Assembly: GCF_964355755.1 (NCBI RefSeq)
Contig: NC_092679.1
Span: forward strand, 18,645,432-18,709,431
Length of the DNA stretch: 64,000 nt
Reading direction: 5' to 3'
From: Antedon mediterranea
Taxonomy: Eukaryota > Animalia > Echinodermata
Positions 1 to 11,660 of this stretch are shown here, piece by piece; the first letter of the stretch is position 1, and each line of letters begins with the position of its first letter. The notes under the pieces were generated by a model. It ran no database searches. It saw only the letters and a program-made list of their open reading frames with translations, and was not told the DNA's origin. Position numbers and translations under genes: made by a program.

Positions 1-2
1 TT

Positions 3-1082
3 TTATTTAATAATTTCAGTCGCGTTGTAATAGTAGGTTTCCACATGCTGTGAAGCAACTGTAATATTGTAAAATTGGACTTCATCAATCAAGCCATAAA
101 AATAACGCCTGTTGCTGCCATGTGCTGTTCCAATAACGACTGGGTTAGAATTGATCGGTATAGGACCAGAGCAACAATCAGACTGACCAGATTGTATCTC
201 TGCATTGACATAAAACGCTAGGCAACTTCCATTGTAGGTTAAAACCAAATGTCGCCACACTCCAAATTGAGTCACAGGAACATATTCGAATCTAGAAATA
301 GATCGGAATAAAGTAAAAAGTGATACAAATAAATTATTAGGACCAAGTTTGAATTCAAATTCACCATCGTCCCGGAAACCATTATTCAAAATAAACTGTT
401 GGTTATCACCTCCTTCCAAACCTTTATACCACAAACTAACTGTAAATTCTGATCCAAAATCAAAATGACTAAACTCGTCAACAACAACTCTTTGAGAGCC
501 AGTGAAGTTGGCGGCTAATCCACTTACACCAGTTGTGTATGTTAAGTCTGTACCATTAGATCTTCCATGGCGTTCATTGCCAGATGTATCTTTGACGTCA
601 CACTCAAACGCGTAATAAGCAAGTAAATACTGGTTCTCTCCAACCAAGAGATTGTCATAGTTGCCACTTTGCGTACTGGACTCAGTTTTCAGACAATTAG
701 TTGACAATTCAGATTCCATTATATGATCTTCACCTGATACATCATCATCCATCTCGAATTGAGTACTAGACTCATTTTCCAGTCCATTAGTTGAGGATTC
801 CATACTTTGAAATTCTTCATCTGACGTCATGACACTATTTTGTTGATTTTCATTAAATTGGTGATGAGCAACCAGTTGATATTCGTTGCAAACATCATCC
901 ACACTCTTTTTAAGAAACTTAAATTTAACACTGGAACATATAATGCACTTTGAAAGTAACACTACCTCCAACATACATTTCTCTCGATCAGCCAGTTTCA
1001 CTAATTTTTGGTCGCTTGTACATTTACCATTTACGGCAAATATTCCAAGAGCTACGATCAGCGTTAACGAACTGCAATACAT
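3..1082 (-). CDS. Secreted LamG/ConA-like (pentraxin-like) protein, subtype A, copy 1 (359 aa)
   Basis: Intact ORF with hydrophobic signal peptide (MYCSSLTLIVALGIFAVNG), Cys-rich module and acidic repeats. LamG_3-type motifs follow: LLAYYAFE..DTSGN, FTVSLW, WRHLVLTYNG..FYVN, IG...YFYGLIDEVQFYN. Confidence 0.85.
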   Translation of the reverse strand: MYCSSLTLIVALGIFAVNGKCTSDQKLVKLADREKCMLEVVLLSKCIICSSVKFKFLKKSVDDVCNEYQLVAHHQFNENQQNSVMTSDEEFQSMESSTNGLENESSTQFEMDDDVSGEDHIMESELSTNCLKTESSTQSGNYDNLLVGENQYLLAYYAFECDVKDTSGNERHGRSNGTDLTYTTGVSGLAANFTGSQRVVVDEFSHFDFGSEFTVSLWYKGLEGGDNQQFILNNGFRDDGEFEFKLGPNNLFVSLFTLFRSISRFEYVPVTQFGVWRHLVLTYNGSCLAFYVNAEIQSGQSDCCSGPIPINSNPVVIGTAHGSNRRYFYGLIDEVQFYNITVASQHVETYYYNATEIIK

Positions 1083-1085
1083 AAT

Positions 1086-1559
1086 CTAATGAAACAAAGA
1101 ATAAATGCCGCATACGTGGTAGTTTTCAGTGAATATGAATTTTGTAAAAATAAACTTGTAAATTAATAATAATGAACAAAACTAAGTTCTGCATTGACAA
1201 AATGTTTATAAAAAAAAAAAAAAATCAACGAAGATTTACATATACAAATATACGAGATTTAAAATAATTAATAGTTGAGAGGCTATCCACATTGAAATGT
1301 CTAAATATAAACAAAAGTAATGAAGAACTGTGCGTTTAAACCAAGGACTAACTAGAAAATCTAACAAATGCTTTATAAATATTAGCGATTTATGAAGTTC
1401 AGATAAACAGATAAATTACCAAATTTATGAAAATACGATAACTTGTCGAGGCCTACAGTAGGCCTACTTTAAATTAAACCTTAACCAACGTTGTCAATAG
1501 GTAAACTAACAAGTACATGTCTGTTTTACTTTGTTGAAAGAATTATGGAACTAACTTAC
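1086..1559 (-). other. Predicted 5'-UTR intron of array gene copy 1 (acceptor conserved in all copies that retain their 5' end)
   Basis: Minus strand reads ttctttgtttcattAG|ATT ATG, placing an acceptor 3 nt before the ATG; B/E types read ttttatcAG|ATTATG. Candidate donor GTAAGT at 1559-1554. Confidence 0.6.
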
Positions 1560-1679
1560 AAATGTGTAGTTTGATACCAAACCGACGCATTACATGAGCA
1601 CTACTGGATACTCTATCTTTAGTATTGATTACTTTCGTAGGTAATAACTGGTTTTGTTTCCTCAATGAGTATACTGATA

Positions 1680-1860
1680 TACGTTTACATGAAAAAATGA
1701 CAAACACACAAAAAGATTATTAACCTCTATTGTGTCAAAATGAAAAAATATCGAGCTTTAATTGGTTACAGGCAATGACAATGCTATCTTATTCGTGTTT
1801 AATTAAACCTCAATGAGTGTCAGGTTTTGGATGCATCGACAATCAATCCGCCCAAACGTC
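1680..1860 (-). promoter_or_regulatory. Putative promoter block of array genes (CCAAT box, TTTACATG motif, GC box)
   Basis: ttaattggtta (CCAAT on minus, 1761-1765) and tttacatg recur upstream of divergent subtypes (e.g. ~10103, 21337, 33470, 37769, 42743, 48116) while the surrounding sequence diverges; ccgccc at ~1848. Confidence 0.45.
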
Positions 1861-2097
1861 CTCTAGAGGAAAACACTGCTAATCGACAAGGGTGTGGGCC
1901 GGTGGTGGACAATGTGGTTAGAAGTATATGTGATTGCCGGAGTTTTTCTTGGGAATGGTGTAACATGATAAATGTCCATTATTTAACATTTTGATATTTA
2001 CATATTTATTTTTAAAAATCAAGAAAGTATAAAACAAGAGTTAGAATAAACATTTGATACAAAAAATAAATAAATATCTTCACTAATTATTTTGTAG

Positions 2098-2976
2098 TCT
2101 GGGGAATGTCATATGGCACAAACATTATTGAAAAAACACATACTAAATTTTGTAGATATTTATTTCAAGTTGGGAAAAATGCACCAAATACCGCTGTTAT
2201 TTCTGAGTTAGGTAGATTACCACTTTCTTTGGATTGTTTAGTTACAGTTATAAGATTTTGGTTACATATTATTACTTTAGATCATGACAGATTCATTTTT
2301 AAGGGTTATGAGTTTCAACTTAGAAAAGTTAACCGTAATGAGAATTGTTGGGCACAACAGGTCAAACACTTACCTTTTTCTACTGGTTTTGGTTATATAT
2401 GGTTACAACAATATGTTAATAGTAAAGGTTTATTTTTGAGAGAATTTAAGTTGCGCTTATGTGATATTGAAAAACAAAATGCATTCAAAATTTAGTTCAC
2501 ATAATAAGTTAAGGCTCTTTTCTCTTTATAAAAAAGAAATATGTTTAAGTTATCACTTGACCAACATAATTAATTTTAAACAAAGAAGATTATTAACTAA
2601 GTTACGTTTAGGGATATTAGAGCTAGAAATTGAAAAGGGCAGATGGGAGGGTGTAGAAAGGTATAAGAGAACGTGTAAATTATGTAAAAAGAACATTATT
2701 GAGTATGAATATCATTTTATTTTGCAATGCACATTTTATAATGATTTAAGAAAAAGTTTTATTCCAAGATTTATTCGTGTTTTTACTTATATTAATAAGC
2801 TATGTTTATTACTTTCCAACACAAATTTTACTTATAATTTAGGAAAATACGTCTACTTTGCTTTTGAAAGAAGAAATCATTATCTTAAGTTATAGTTATT
2901 TTTTATTTGTTTGTATTAGGGCCAAAGGCCAATATACATTGAACTAATAAATTCCCTGAAGAGGGAAAGAAGAAGA
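2098..2976 (+). mobile_element. 5'-truncated non-LTR retrotransposon (LINE, RTE-X/CR1-group-like), 3' end of ORF2, frameshifted
   Basis: ORFs 2106-2495 and 2461-2895 carry ELGRLPL and LEIEKGR..RTCKLC..IEYEYHFILQC (LINE ORF2 C-terminal zinc motif). (GAA)n tail and ~13-bp TSD aactattttgtag; empty sites at ~38603 and ~43039. Confidence 0.85.
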
Positions 2977-3057
2977 AACTATTTTGTAGAATTTGTTTAA
3001 TATTCTCCGCAATAACACAAAACCAATAAACATAAACAATTGATTTGCAATAAATGA

Positions 3058-3381
3058 GATTTACTATTGATTTACTTAAAGATGTATGAAAAATGAAGAT
3101 TAATAAAAGCAGATTTACTATTGATTTACTTAAAGATGTATGAAAAATGAAGATTAATAAAAGCAGATTTACTATTGATTTACTTAAAGATGTATGAAAA
3201 ATGAAGATTAATAAAAGCAGATTTACTATTGATTTACTTAAAGATGTATGAAAAATGAAGATTAATAAAAGCAGATTTACTATTGATTTACTTAAAGATG
3301 TATGAAAAATGAAGATTAATAAAAGCAGATTTACTATTGATTTACTTAAAGATGTATGAAAAATGAAGATTAATAAAAGCA
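3058..3381. repeat. 54-bp minisatellite, 6 units
   Basis: Unit gatttactattgatttacttaaagatgtatgaaaaatgaagattaataaaagca, starting at 3058, 3112, 3166, 3220, 3274, 3328. Confidence 0.95.
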
Positions 3382-3781
3382 GATTTTGATTAGGCCATTT
3401 GGAATTTTTATCAAGTTATTTACTTATGTAAAAAAAAAGAAAACCAACAAACATACTGATTTTACTTACAAAAAGACAAAATAAACGGTTAAATTTAACC
3501 AAAAACAGACAGAATACTTTTTGCTTAAAATTACATTATTTTCAGGTATAATAACAATTTTAATTTTCGATCCAAAATGTGGGGAAAAGTGAATATCTAA
3601 ATGTGACATTAAAATTACATTACAATTATTTTTTCAGGGGTCGAAATATCTTTAAATTTCCTACCTAAAGAAATAAATTTACAATGTTGGTACTAAGGCC
3701 AAAAACGAACTACGAATTCAGAGTAAGCCTTTTATTTTTAAACATGTTAAAAAACGATTATGCGTCACTCAGAAATCAACT

Positions 3782-3830
3782 TTAAATTTCAATCACATTA
3801 TAATAATAGGCTTCCACTTGTTGTGATGTC
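3782..3830 (-). pseudogene. Last ~16 codons of a deleted subtype B gene (deletion junction)
   Basis: ttaaatttcaatcacattataataataggcttccacttgttgtgatgtc matches the B-gene 3' end (7924-7972), then switches abruptly to the A-type downstream spacer. Confidence 0.75.
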
Positions 3831-4190
3831 GTTTGAAATTGATTTACAATGATCTACAATTTACCAAGCATTTTTATACAATACATAAAAACCCTTCTGA
3901 ACAATAAACGCCTCGAGGCGTTTATCCAAATAGAATACAGTATCTTCATTTTCATCTTAACACGATTTTCAATAAATGCGATTTCTTTTTTCTTTCAGAC
4001 GTCACATTATTTCTAGTTCAGATATATATCTATGTAAACCAGCTTCTTTTCTTAAATATTCTACCGAAAGCAATTAATTCACAATTACAGTGCTAAAACT
4101 ACAGTATTTGACAAGCTAAATTAAAATTCTTAAAAATGTCTCCAAATTCTCAGCTAGCTATATTAGTTTATATGGTATTGTTGGACCATT

Positions 4191-5267
4191 TTATTTAATA
4201 ATTTCAGTCGCGTTGTAATTATAGTAGGTTTCCACATACTGTGAAGCAACTGTAATATTGTAAAATTGAACTTCATCAATCAAGCCATAAAAATAACGGC
4301 CGTTGCTGCCATGTGCTGTTCCAATACCGACTGGGTTAGAATTGATCGGTATAGGACCAGAGCAACAATCAGACTGACCAGATTGTATCTCTGCATTGAC
4401 ATAAAACGCTAGGCAACTTCCATTGTAGGTTAAAACCAAATGTCGCCACACTCCAAATTGAACCACAGGAACATATTTGAATCTAGATTTGATTAAAGTA
4501 AAAAGTGATACCAATAAAGTATTAGGACCAAGTCTGAATTCAAATTCACCATCTTCCCGGAAACCATTATTCAAAATAAACTGTTGGTTATCACCTCCTT
4601 CCAAACCTTTATACCACAAACTAACTGTAAATTCTGATCCAAAATCAAAATTACTAAACTCGTCAACAACAACTCTCTGAGAGCCAGTGAAGTTGGCGGC
4701 TAATCCACTTACACCAGTTGTGTATGTTAAGTCTGTACCATGAGATCTTCCATGGCGTTCATTGCCAGATGTATCTTTGACGTCACACTCAAACGCGTAA
4801 TAAGCAAGTAAATACTGGTTCTCTCCAACCAAGAGATTGTCATGGTTGCCACTTTGCGTACTGGACTCAGTTTTCAGACAATTAGTTGACAATTCAGATT
4901 CCATTATATGATCTTCACCTGATACATCATCATCCATCTCGAATTGAGTACTAGACTCATTTTCCAGTCCATTAGTTGAGAATTCCATACTTTGAAATTC
5001 TTCATCTGACGTAATGACACTATTTTGTTGATTTTCATTAAATTGGTGATGAGCAACCAGTTGATATTCGTTGCAAACATCATCCACACTCTTTTTAAGA
5101 AACTTAAATTTAACACTGGAACGTATAATGCACTTTGAAAGTGAAACTACCTCCAACATACATTTCTCTCGATCAGCCAATTTCACTAGTTTTTGGTCGC
5201 TTGTACATTTACCGTTTACGGCAAATATTCCAAGAGCTACGATCAGCGTAAACGAACTGCAATACAT
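4191..5267 (-). CDS. Secreted LamG-like protein, subtype A, copy 2 (358 aa)
   Basis: Intact ORF, close paralogue of copy 1, with a D-type variable loop (TLLVSLFTLIKSRFKY). Confidence 0.85.
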   Translation of the reverse strand: MYCSSFTLIVALGIFAVNGKCTSDQKLVKLADREKCMLEVVSLSKCIIRSSVKFKFLKKSVDDVCNEYQLVAHHQFNENQQNSVITSDEEFQSMEFSTNGLENESSTQFEMDDDVSGEDHIMESELSTNCLKTESSTQSGNHDNLLVGENQYLLAYYAFECDVKDTSGNERHGRSHGTDLTYTTGVSGLAANFTGSQRVVVDEFSNFDFGSEFTVSLWYKGLEGGDNQQFILNNGFREDGEFEFRLGPNTLLVSLFTLIKSRFKYVPVVQFGVWRHLVLTYNGSCLAFYVNAEIQSGQSDCCSGPIPINSNPVGIGTAHGSNGRYFYGLIDEVQFYNITVASQYVETYYNYNATEIIK

Positions 5268-6269
5268 AATCTAATGAAACAAAGAATAAATGCCGCATAG
5301 GTGGTAGTTTTCAGTGAATATGAATTTTGTAAAAATAAACTTGTAAATTAATAATAAATGAACAAAACTAAGTTCTGCATTGACAAAATGTATATAAAAA
5401 AAAATAAATCAACGAAGATTTACATATACAAATATACGAGTTTTAAAATAATTAATAGTTGAGAGGCTATCCACATTGAAATGTCTAAATATAAACAAAA
5501 GTAATGAAGAACTGTGCGTTTAAGCCAAGGACTAACTAGAAAATCTAACAAATGCTTTATAAATATTAGCGATTTATGAAGTTTAGATAAACAGATAAAT
5601 TACCAAATTTATGAAAATACGATAACTTTTCGAGGCCTAATGTACTTTAAATTAAACCTTAACCAACGTTGTCAATAGGTAAACTAACAAGTACATGTCT
5701 GTTTTACTTTGTTGAAAGAATTATGGAATTACAAATGTGTAGTTTGATACCAAACCGACGCATTACATGAGCACTACTGGATACTCTATCTTTAGTATTG
5801 ATCACTTTCGTAGGTAATAACTTGTTTTGTTTCCTCAATGAGTATACTGATATACGTTTACATGAAAAAATGACAAACACAGAAAAAGATTATTAACCTC
5901 TATTGTGTCAAAATGAAAAAATATCGAGCTTTAATTGGTTACAGGCAATGACAATGCTATCTTATTCGTGTTTAATTAAACCTCAATGAGTGTCAGGTTT
6001 TGGATGCATCGACCATCAATCCGCCCAAACGTCCTTTAGAGAAAAACACTGCTAATCGACAAGGGTGTGGGCCGGTGGTGGACAATGTGGTTAGAAGTAT
6101 ATGTGATTGCCGGAGTATTTCTTGGGAATGGTGTAACGTGATAAATGTTCATTATTTAACATTTTGATATTTACATATTTATTTTTAAAAATCAAGAAAG
6201 TATAAAACAAGAGTTAGATTAAACATTTGATACAAAAAAAAATAAATATCTTCACTAACTATTTTGTAG

Positions 6270-7114
6270 TCTGGGGAATGTCAGATAGCACAAACATTAT
6301 TGAAAAAACACATACAAAATTGTGTAGATATTTATTGCAAGTTGGGAAAAATGCACCAAATACCGCTGTTATTTCTGAGTTAGGTAGATTACCACTTTCT
6401 TTGGATTGTTTAGTTACAGTTATAAGATTTTGGTTACATATTATTACTTTAGATCATGACAGATTCATTTTTAAGGGTTATGAGTTTCAACTTAGAAAAG
6501 TTAACCGTAATGAGAATTGTTGGGCACAACAGGTCAAACACTTACCTTTGGTTTTGGTTATATATGGTTACAACAATATGTTAATAGTAAAGGTTTATTT
6601 TTTAGAGAATTTAAGTTGCGCTTATGTGATATTGAAAAACAAAAATGCATTCAAAAATTTAGTTCACATAATAAGTTAAGGCTCTTTTCTCTTTATAAAA
6701 AAGAAATATGTTTAAGTTATCACTTGACCAACATCATTAATTTTAAACAAAGAAGATTATTAACTAAGTTACGTTTAGGGATATTAGAGCTAGAAATTGA
6801 AAAGGGCAGATGGGAGGGTGTAGAAAGGTATAAGAGAACGTGTAAATTATGTAAAACAATAGCAATGCACATTTTATAATGATTTAAGAAAAAGTTTTAT
6901 TCCAAGATTTATTCATGTTTTTACTTCTATTAATAAGCTATGTTTATTACTTTCCAACACAAATTTTACTTATAATTTAAGAAAATACGTCTACTTTGCT
7001 TTTGAAAGAAGAAATCATTATCTTAAGTTATAGTTATTTTTTATTTGTTTTTATTAGGGCCAAAGGCCAATATACATTGAACTAATAAATTCCCTGAAAA
7101 GGGAAAGAAGAAGA
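6270..7114 (+). mobile_element. LINE 3' fragment, duplicate 2 (internal deletion near 6860)
   Basis: Same 5' truncation point, tail and perfect TSD aactattttgtag as 2098-2976. Confidence 0.85.
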
Positions 7115-7195
7115 AACTATTTTGTAGAATTTGTTTAATATTCTCCGCAATAACACAAAACCAATAAACATAAACAATTGATTTCCAATAAATGA

Positions 7196-7518
7196 GATTT
7201 ACTATTGATTTACTTAAAGATGTATGAAAAATGAAGATTAATAAAAGCAGATTTACTATTGATTTACTTAAAGATGTATGAAAAATGAAGATTAATAAAA
7301 GCAGATTTACTATTGATTTACTTAAAGATGTATAAAAAATGAAGATTAATAAAAGCAGATTTACTATTGATTTACTTAAAGATGTATGAAAAATGAAGAT
7401 TAATAAAAGCAGATTTACTATTGATTTACTTAAAGATGTATGAAAAATGAAGATTAATAAAAGCAGATTTACTATTGATTTACTTAAAGATGTATGAAAA
7501 TTAAGATTAATAAAAGCT
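7196..7518. repeat. 54-bp minisatellite, 6 units
   Basis: Same unit at 54-bp spacing. Confidence 0.95.
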
Positions 7519-7923
7519 GATTTTGATTAGGCCATTTGGAATTTTTATCAAGTTATTTACTTATGTAAAAAAAGAAAACCAACAAACATACTGATTTTAC
7601 TTACAAAAAGACAAAATAAACGGTTAAATTTAACCAAAAACAGACAGAATACTTTTTGCTTAAAATTACATTATTTTCAGGTATAATAATAATTTTAATT
7701 TTCGATCCAAAATTTGGGGAAAAGTGAATATCTAAATGTGACATTAAAATTACATTACAATTATTTTTTCAGGGGTCAAAATATCTTTAAATTTCCTACC
7801 TAAAGAAATAAATTTACAATGTTGGTACTAAGGCCAAAAACGAATTACGAATTCAGAGTAAGCCTATAGTTTACTATATTTAAACAGGTTAACAGACGAT
7901 TATGCGTCACTCAGAAATCAACA

Positions 7924-9129
7924 TTAAATTTCAATCACATTATAATAATAGGCTTCCACTTGTTGTGATGTCACAGAACTATTGTAAAATTGGACTTCGT
8001 CAATCAAGCCATAGAAATAACGTTCGATCTTTTTATGTGCTGTTCCAATAACGATTGGGTTAGGATTGATTGGTATAGGACCAGAGCAACAGTCAGACTG
8101 ACCAGAGCAACAGCCAGACTGACCAGCTTGTATTTGTGCATTGACATATACAGCTGCGTAAATGCCGTTATAGGTTAAAACCACATGTCGCCACACTCCA
8201 AATTGAACCACAGGCTTATACTTAAATCTAGATTCACGTCGGGTAAAAAGTAATACTGTTAAATTAGGATCATTCATCATATGACCAAGTTTAATTTCAA
8301 TTTCACCATCCTCATGGAAACCATTATTCAAAATAAACTGTTTACGATCACCTCTTTCGAAACTTTTATACCACAGACTAACCGTAAATTCTAATCCAAA
8401 ATCAAAGTTACTGAACTCATCTACAACAATGCTCTGAGAGCCAGTGAAGTTGGCGGCTAGACCACTTACACCAGTTGTGTATGTTAAGTCTGTACCATTA
8501 GATCTTCCATGGCGTTCATTGCCAGATGTATCTTTGACGTCACACTCAAATGCGTAATAAGCAAGTAAGTACTGGTTCTCTCCAACCAAGACATTGTGTT
8601 GATGGGTGTCAGTTTGAGTACTAGACTCACCTTCCAGACAATTAGTTGACAATTCAAATTCCATTGTATGAACTTCATTTGATGTCACGACATCATCATT
8701 CATCTCCGATTGTGTACTAAACTCGTTTTCCAGACCATTAGTTAAGGATTCCGTTAATACCATTGTATTACGACCGTCTTCATCTGATGTCATATTACCA
8801 TTCATCTCGGATTGAGTACAAGACTCATTTCCCAGACCATTAGTTGAGGATTCCGTTTCTATTATATTTGTATTATCAACTCCTTCATTTTGATTCTCAT
8901 TGAATCGGTTAGCCAAACCAAAGCCAATCAGTTGATATTTATTGCAAACATCATCCGTTTTAACATGGGAATATGTAATGCATTTTGATAGTGAAACCAC
9001 TTTCAACATACATTTCTCCAGATCTGCCAATTTCACCAGTTTTTGGTTGTTTCCACATTTTGTTTGACGTTTACCATTTACGTCAAAAATTGAAAGAACC
9101 ACGATCAACGTTAACACGCTGTAATACAT
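7924..9129 (-). CDS. Secreted LamG-like protein, subtype B, copy 3 (401 aa from the ATG at 9129)
   Basis: Intact ORF beginning MYYSVLTLIVVLSIF; the ORF track's MFYQI extension lies in the acceptor region. Distinct loops (GHMMNDPNL, HKKIER) and a 7-aa duplication GQSGCCS-GQSDCCS. Confidence 0.85.
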   Translation of the reverse strand: MYYSVLTLIVVLSIFDVNGKRQTKCGNNQKLVKLADLEKCMLKVVSLSKCITYSHVKTDDVCNKYQLIGFGLANRFNENQNEGVDNTNIIETESSTNGLGNESCTQSEMNGNMTSDEDGRNTMVLTESLTNGLENEFSTQSEMNDDVVTSNEVHTMEFELSTNCLEGESSTQTDTHQHNVLVGENQYLLAYYAFECDVKDTSGNERHGRSNGTDLTYTTGVSGLAANFTGSQSIVVDEFSNFDFGLEFTVSLWYKSFERGDRKQFILNNGFHEDGEIEIKLGHMMNDPNLTVLLFTRRESRFKYKPVVQFGVWRHVVLTYNGIYAAVYVNAQIQAGQSGCCSGQSDCCSGPIPINPNPIVIGTAHKKIERYFYGLIDEVQFYNSSVTSQQVEAYYYNVIEI

Positions 9130-9217
9130 AATCTGATAAAACAAAATAAAACTGTATGTGAAAACTAGCTGTTAATTCGTATTAAAAAAACAAACTTGGA
9201 AATACGAGTTAGTTAAA

Positions 9218-9372
9218 GCAAGGATAGGAACTACAGTCCTTTGATCTTATGTCTGGCTGCGACAAATACCAACAGTACTATAAATAATCTCCGCGGCGCA
9301 CGGTGTATGTTAGGGATGTGGAACTGATCGTGTCGCAACTACAGATATGGTCTCCAAAAATCATCATCCTGT
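9218..9372 (+). repeat. Dispersed ~160-bp repeat with internal inverted repeat (also 18778-18940, 27731-27843, and inverted at 62575-62748)
   Basis: aggataggaact..cctttgatct..gtctggctgcgaca...gggatgtggaactg..tgtcgca aligns to the reverse complement of a PC intron segment; absent upstream of E-type genes. Confidence 0.7.
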
Positions 9373-10336
9373 GATTGCCTTAGAGTTTAGAGGTTCTCCA
9401 CATTTTTGCCCAATAAACATAGTGAACAAATGACAGTCAATCAAAGGAGACAAATGGAAAATAAATAACGATAACAGAAAATTACGAAATTATGTTACCT
9501 TCAACATGAACCAGATTGTAATAAATCGACGGAAATAGCAGAAGCGTCACATGCTTAACTTCATAATGTAGCCAATCACATGAACTTCACAATAGTTACA
9601 ATACAATAACAAGCGCATATTCCTACAGAAGACTTTCTGAATGTATTATCTTACAATACTGTTACACGAATAAATCCTTTTTGTATACTCGTCACGTTAT
9701 ATTGATCTTTCTCTCTCTAAAAAAAAGTAAAACCAATATACAGTTACATGACAATGCCAGAATACACAAAGATGATTAAGTCAATATTAGTTAAAGGCAG
9801 TTTTCTCTTTTTAATCAATATTCAATTTATGACTTGATTTATATACAATAGACGTACCACAGTATCAATGTGTAAACCAGTATTTTAAATATTAGTTTTA
9901 CTGTGAAATTTTAAATGTACGAATTGCCCCTTTATATTACATTTTAAACATTTTATTGAATAATTTTATATATTTTATAACTTTCGTATGGTAATAACTC
10001 GTTATGTTGTCTCAAAGTACAGGTAGGCTACACTGTATACATTTACATGACAAACACACAAAAAGATGTTCAACCAGTATTGTGCAAAAATAAAGCGTTT
10101 TAATTGGTTACAGGCAATGAGAATATAGGATTCTAACATTCCTTATTCCAGGTAAACTTAACGAGTGTTAATATTTGAGTCTAGCATTGACCATCAATCT
10201 CCGAACCTCTTATAAAGGCACAGATGAGTGGTAACGATAGGCGTAAAACCGTGTAGATTGTCCCGCTATCCTGAGCGGAGTTTCTTCTCAACCGCCCGTC
10301 CGCTTTTTGGGTAAATATAGTATAGATTTTATATTA

Positions 10337-11660
10337 CTAGATGGTACGCTCGCTTCGCTCGCGTACCATCAAGGTCGTGCCCAGAGATGGTTCTCGAATA
10401 CACAGTAATTTCAGCGTAACAAAACTGGCGATTTCAAATGTACGTACCGCAGGACTATAGGCCTATACATTGTCGTTTACAGAAACGAATAAATAGACAC
10501 GATGATTTATGTAGTCAACTAAAATTAGCACCCTGGGAATTACTTCCGAAGGAGAAACTTATCACAAAATGAGTCCAAGTTTTTGATTTGGACTCATTTA
10601 AAGAAACCCAATTTGTGTTTTGTATGTAACATTAGGGTAGAGAGGGATGGGAAAGCGGATAGGTACAAAGAGGAACAATTTTTAAATATATTCTTTATCC
10701 ACTCAGTAACGAAATATTTTTTTCATGTTTTATAGGCCTATAAATAATATACCTCTAAATACAGTAAAACATTTGCGATTTAATACTTTTTTTATTTTAT
10801 TTATTTATTTATTTCTTTTAAATATTCATTGTACACTAATTTTCCCCGTGTATGGCAAGAGATTCCTAATTATATTAGAGAACATTCTTTATTTAGTTTA
10901 GTTAAAACTGTCACTGTCATAATCGATTGAAATATTAAAGTAGCATGTCACGATACACCACTACGACGTTTATATTTGGTAATTATTAATTAATACAAAC
11001 GTTGAGAAAGAACTGTCAGTATAAAGCTTATTTGTATATAATAATGTGTTTATATATCTAACAGTAGAGCCTATCCACAATCTCGCAAGTTTATTCTCAA
11101 AGGGCCCATATATTTACCTACCGTATGTGTTAAACCAAGGGCTCATAAATTTACCTACAGTACTTGTGTTAAACCAAACTCTGGCAGACTGAGAGATTGG
11201 GATGTTCCATTCATCGCAAATCAATAGATTTGTATAATCGTATATTAAATCTATCAAAATAGTATTTTTTAAAGAAAATCGGCCTGTCTTCAACATTATG
11301 ATGGTGTACTCTAGCTGTTCAACCGGTTTTCAGCTATTAAAAACAATTATCGTAGGAGGAGATAGGAAAATGCGAAGCCTCCTCCCATTTTTGTGGCGGG
11401 TATTTTTCAAGACGGACATCCATTATACAGTGTATACCACGGTCGGAAAACACCCCTATTTGGGGCAAATCTTGGAACCTAAATTCGTTTTAACCGTCAA
11501 TAACTTATTATCTAACTTAATTTAATTAGTAAACAGGGTTACATAAGGTGGTTAAAATCAGTACCGAAAGTACGAACCAACTTTATATACCATCGAGTAA
11601 AAATTATAGAAGTAAGGCGCGATTTACCGAATTTTGCCCTTACGTAAATTTATATATAGA
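10337..11660 (-). mobile_element. Complete non-autonomous Helitron (1324 bp)
   Basis: Minus strand starts TCTATATATAAA and ends ...CCATCTAG, with a perfect 10-bp hairpin gatggtacgc/gcgtaccatc (10340-10370). Inserted between A and T with no TSD; exact empty site in the duplicate at ~19903. Confidence 0.92.

Noticed and set aside
886-1089. Recurrent small plus-strand and alternate-frame ORFs (MQTSSTL.., MNLDLIK.., MDFVNQ.., MKFIQW.., MLNLSF..)
   Set aside because: These are shadows of the LamG genes with mostly non-ATG starts; they recur only because of duplication.
2098-2976. Diversity-generating retroelement (RT-like ORF next to variable lectin-like genes)
   Set aside because: The fragment is only the post-RT 3' end of a LINE, with no YxDD core. 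No template/variable repeat pair is present, and the variation includes indels and is not obviously adenine-restricted.
9130-9144. MFYQI N-terminal extension of subtype B
   Set aside because: It uses a TTG start inside the polypyrimidine/AG acceptor; the homologous ATG is at 9129.
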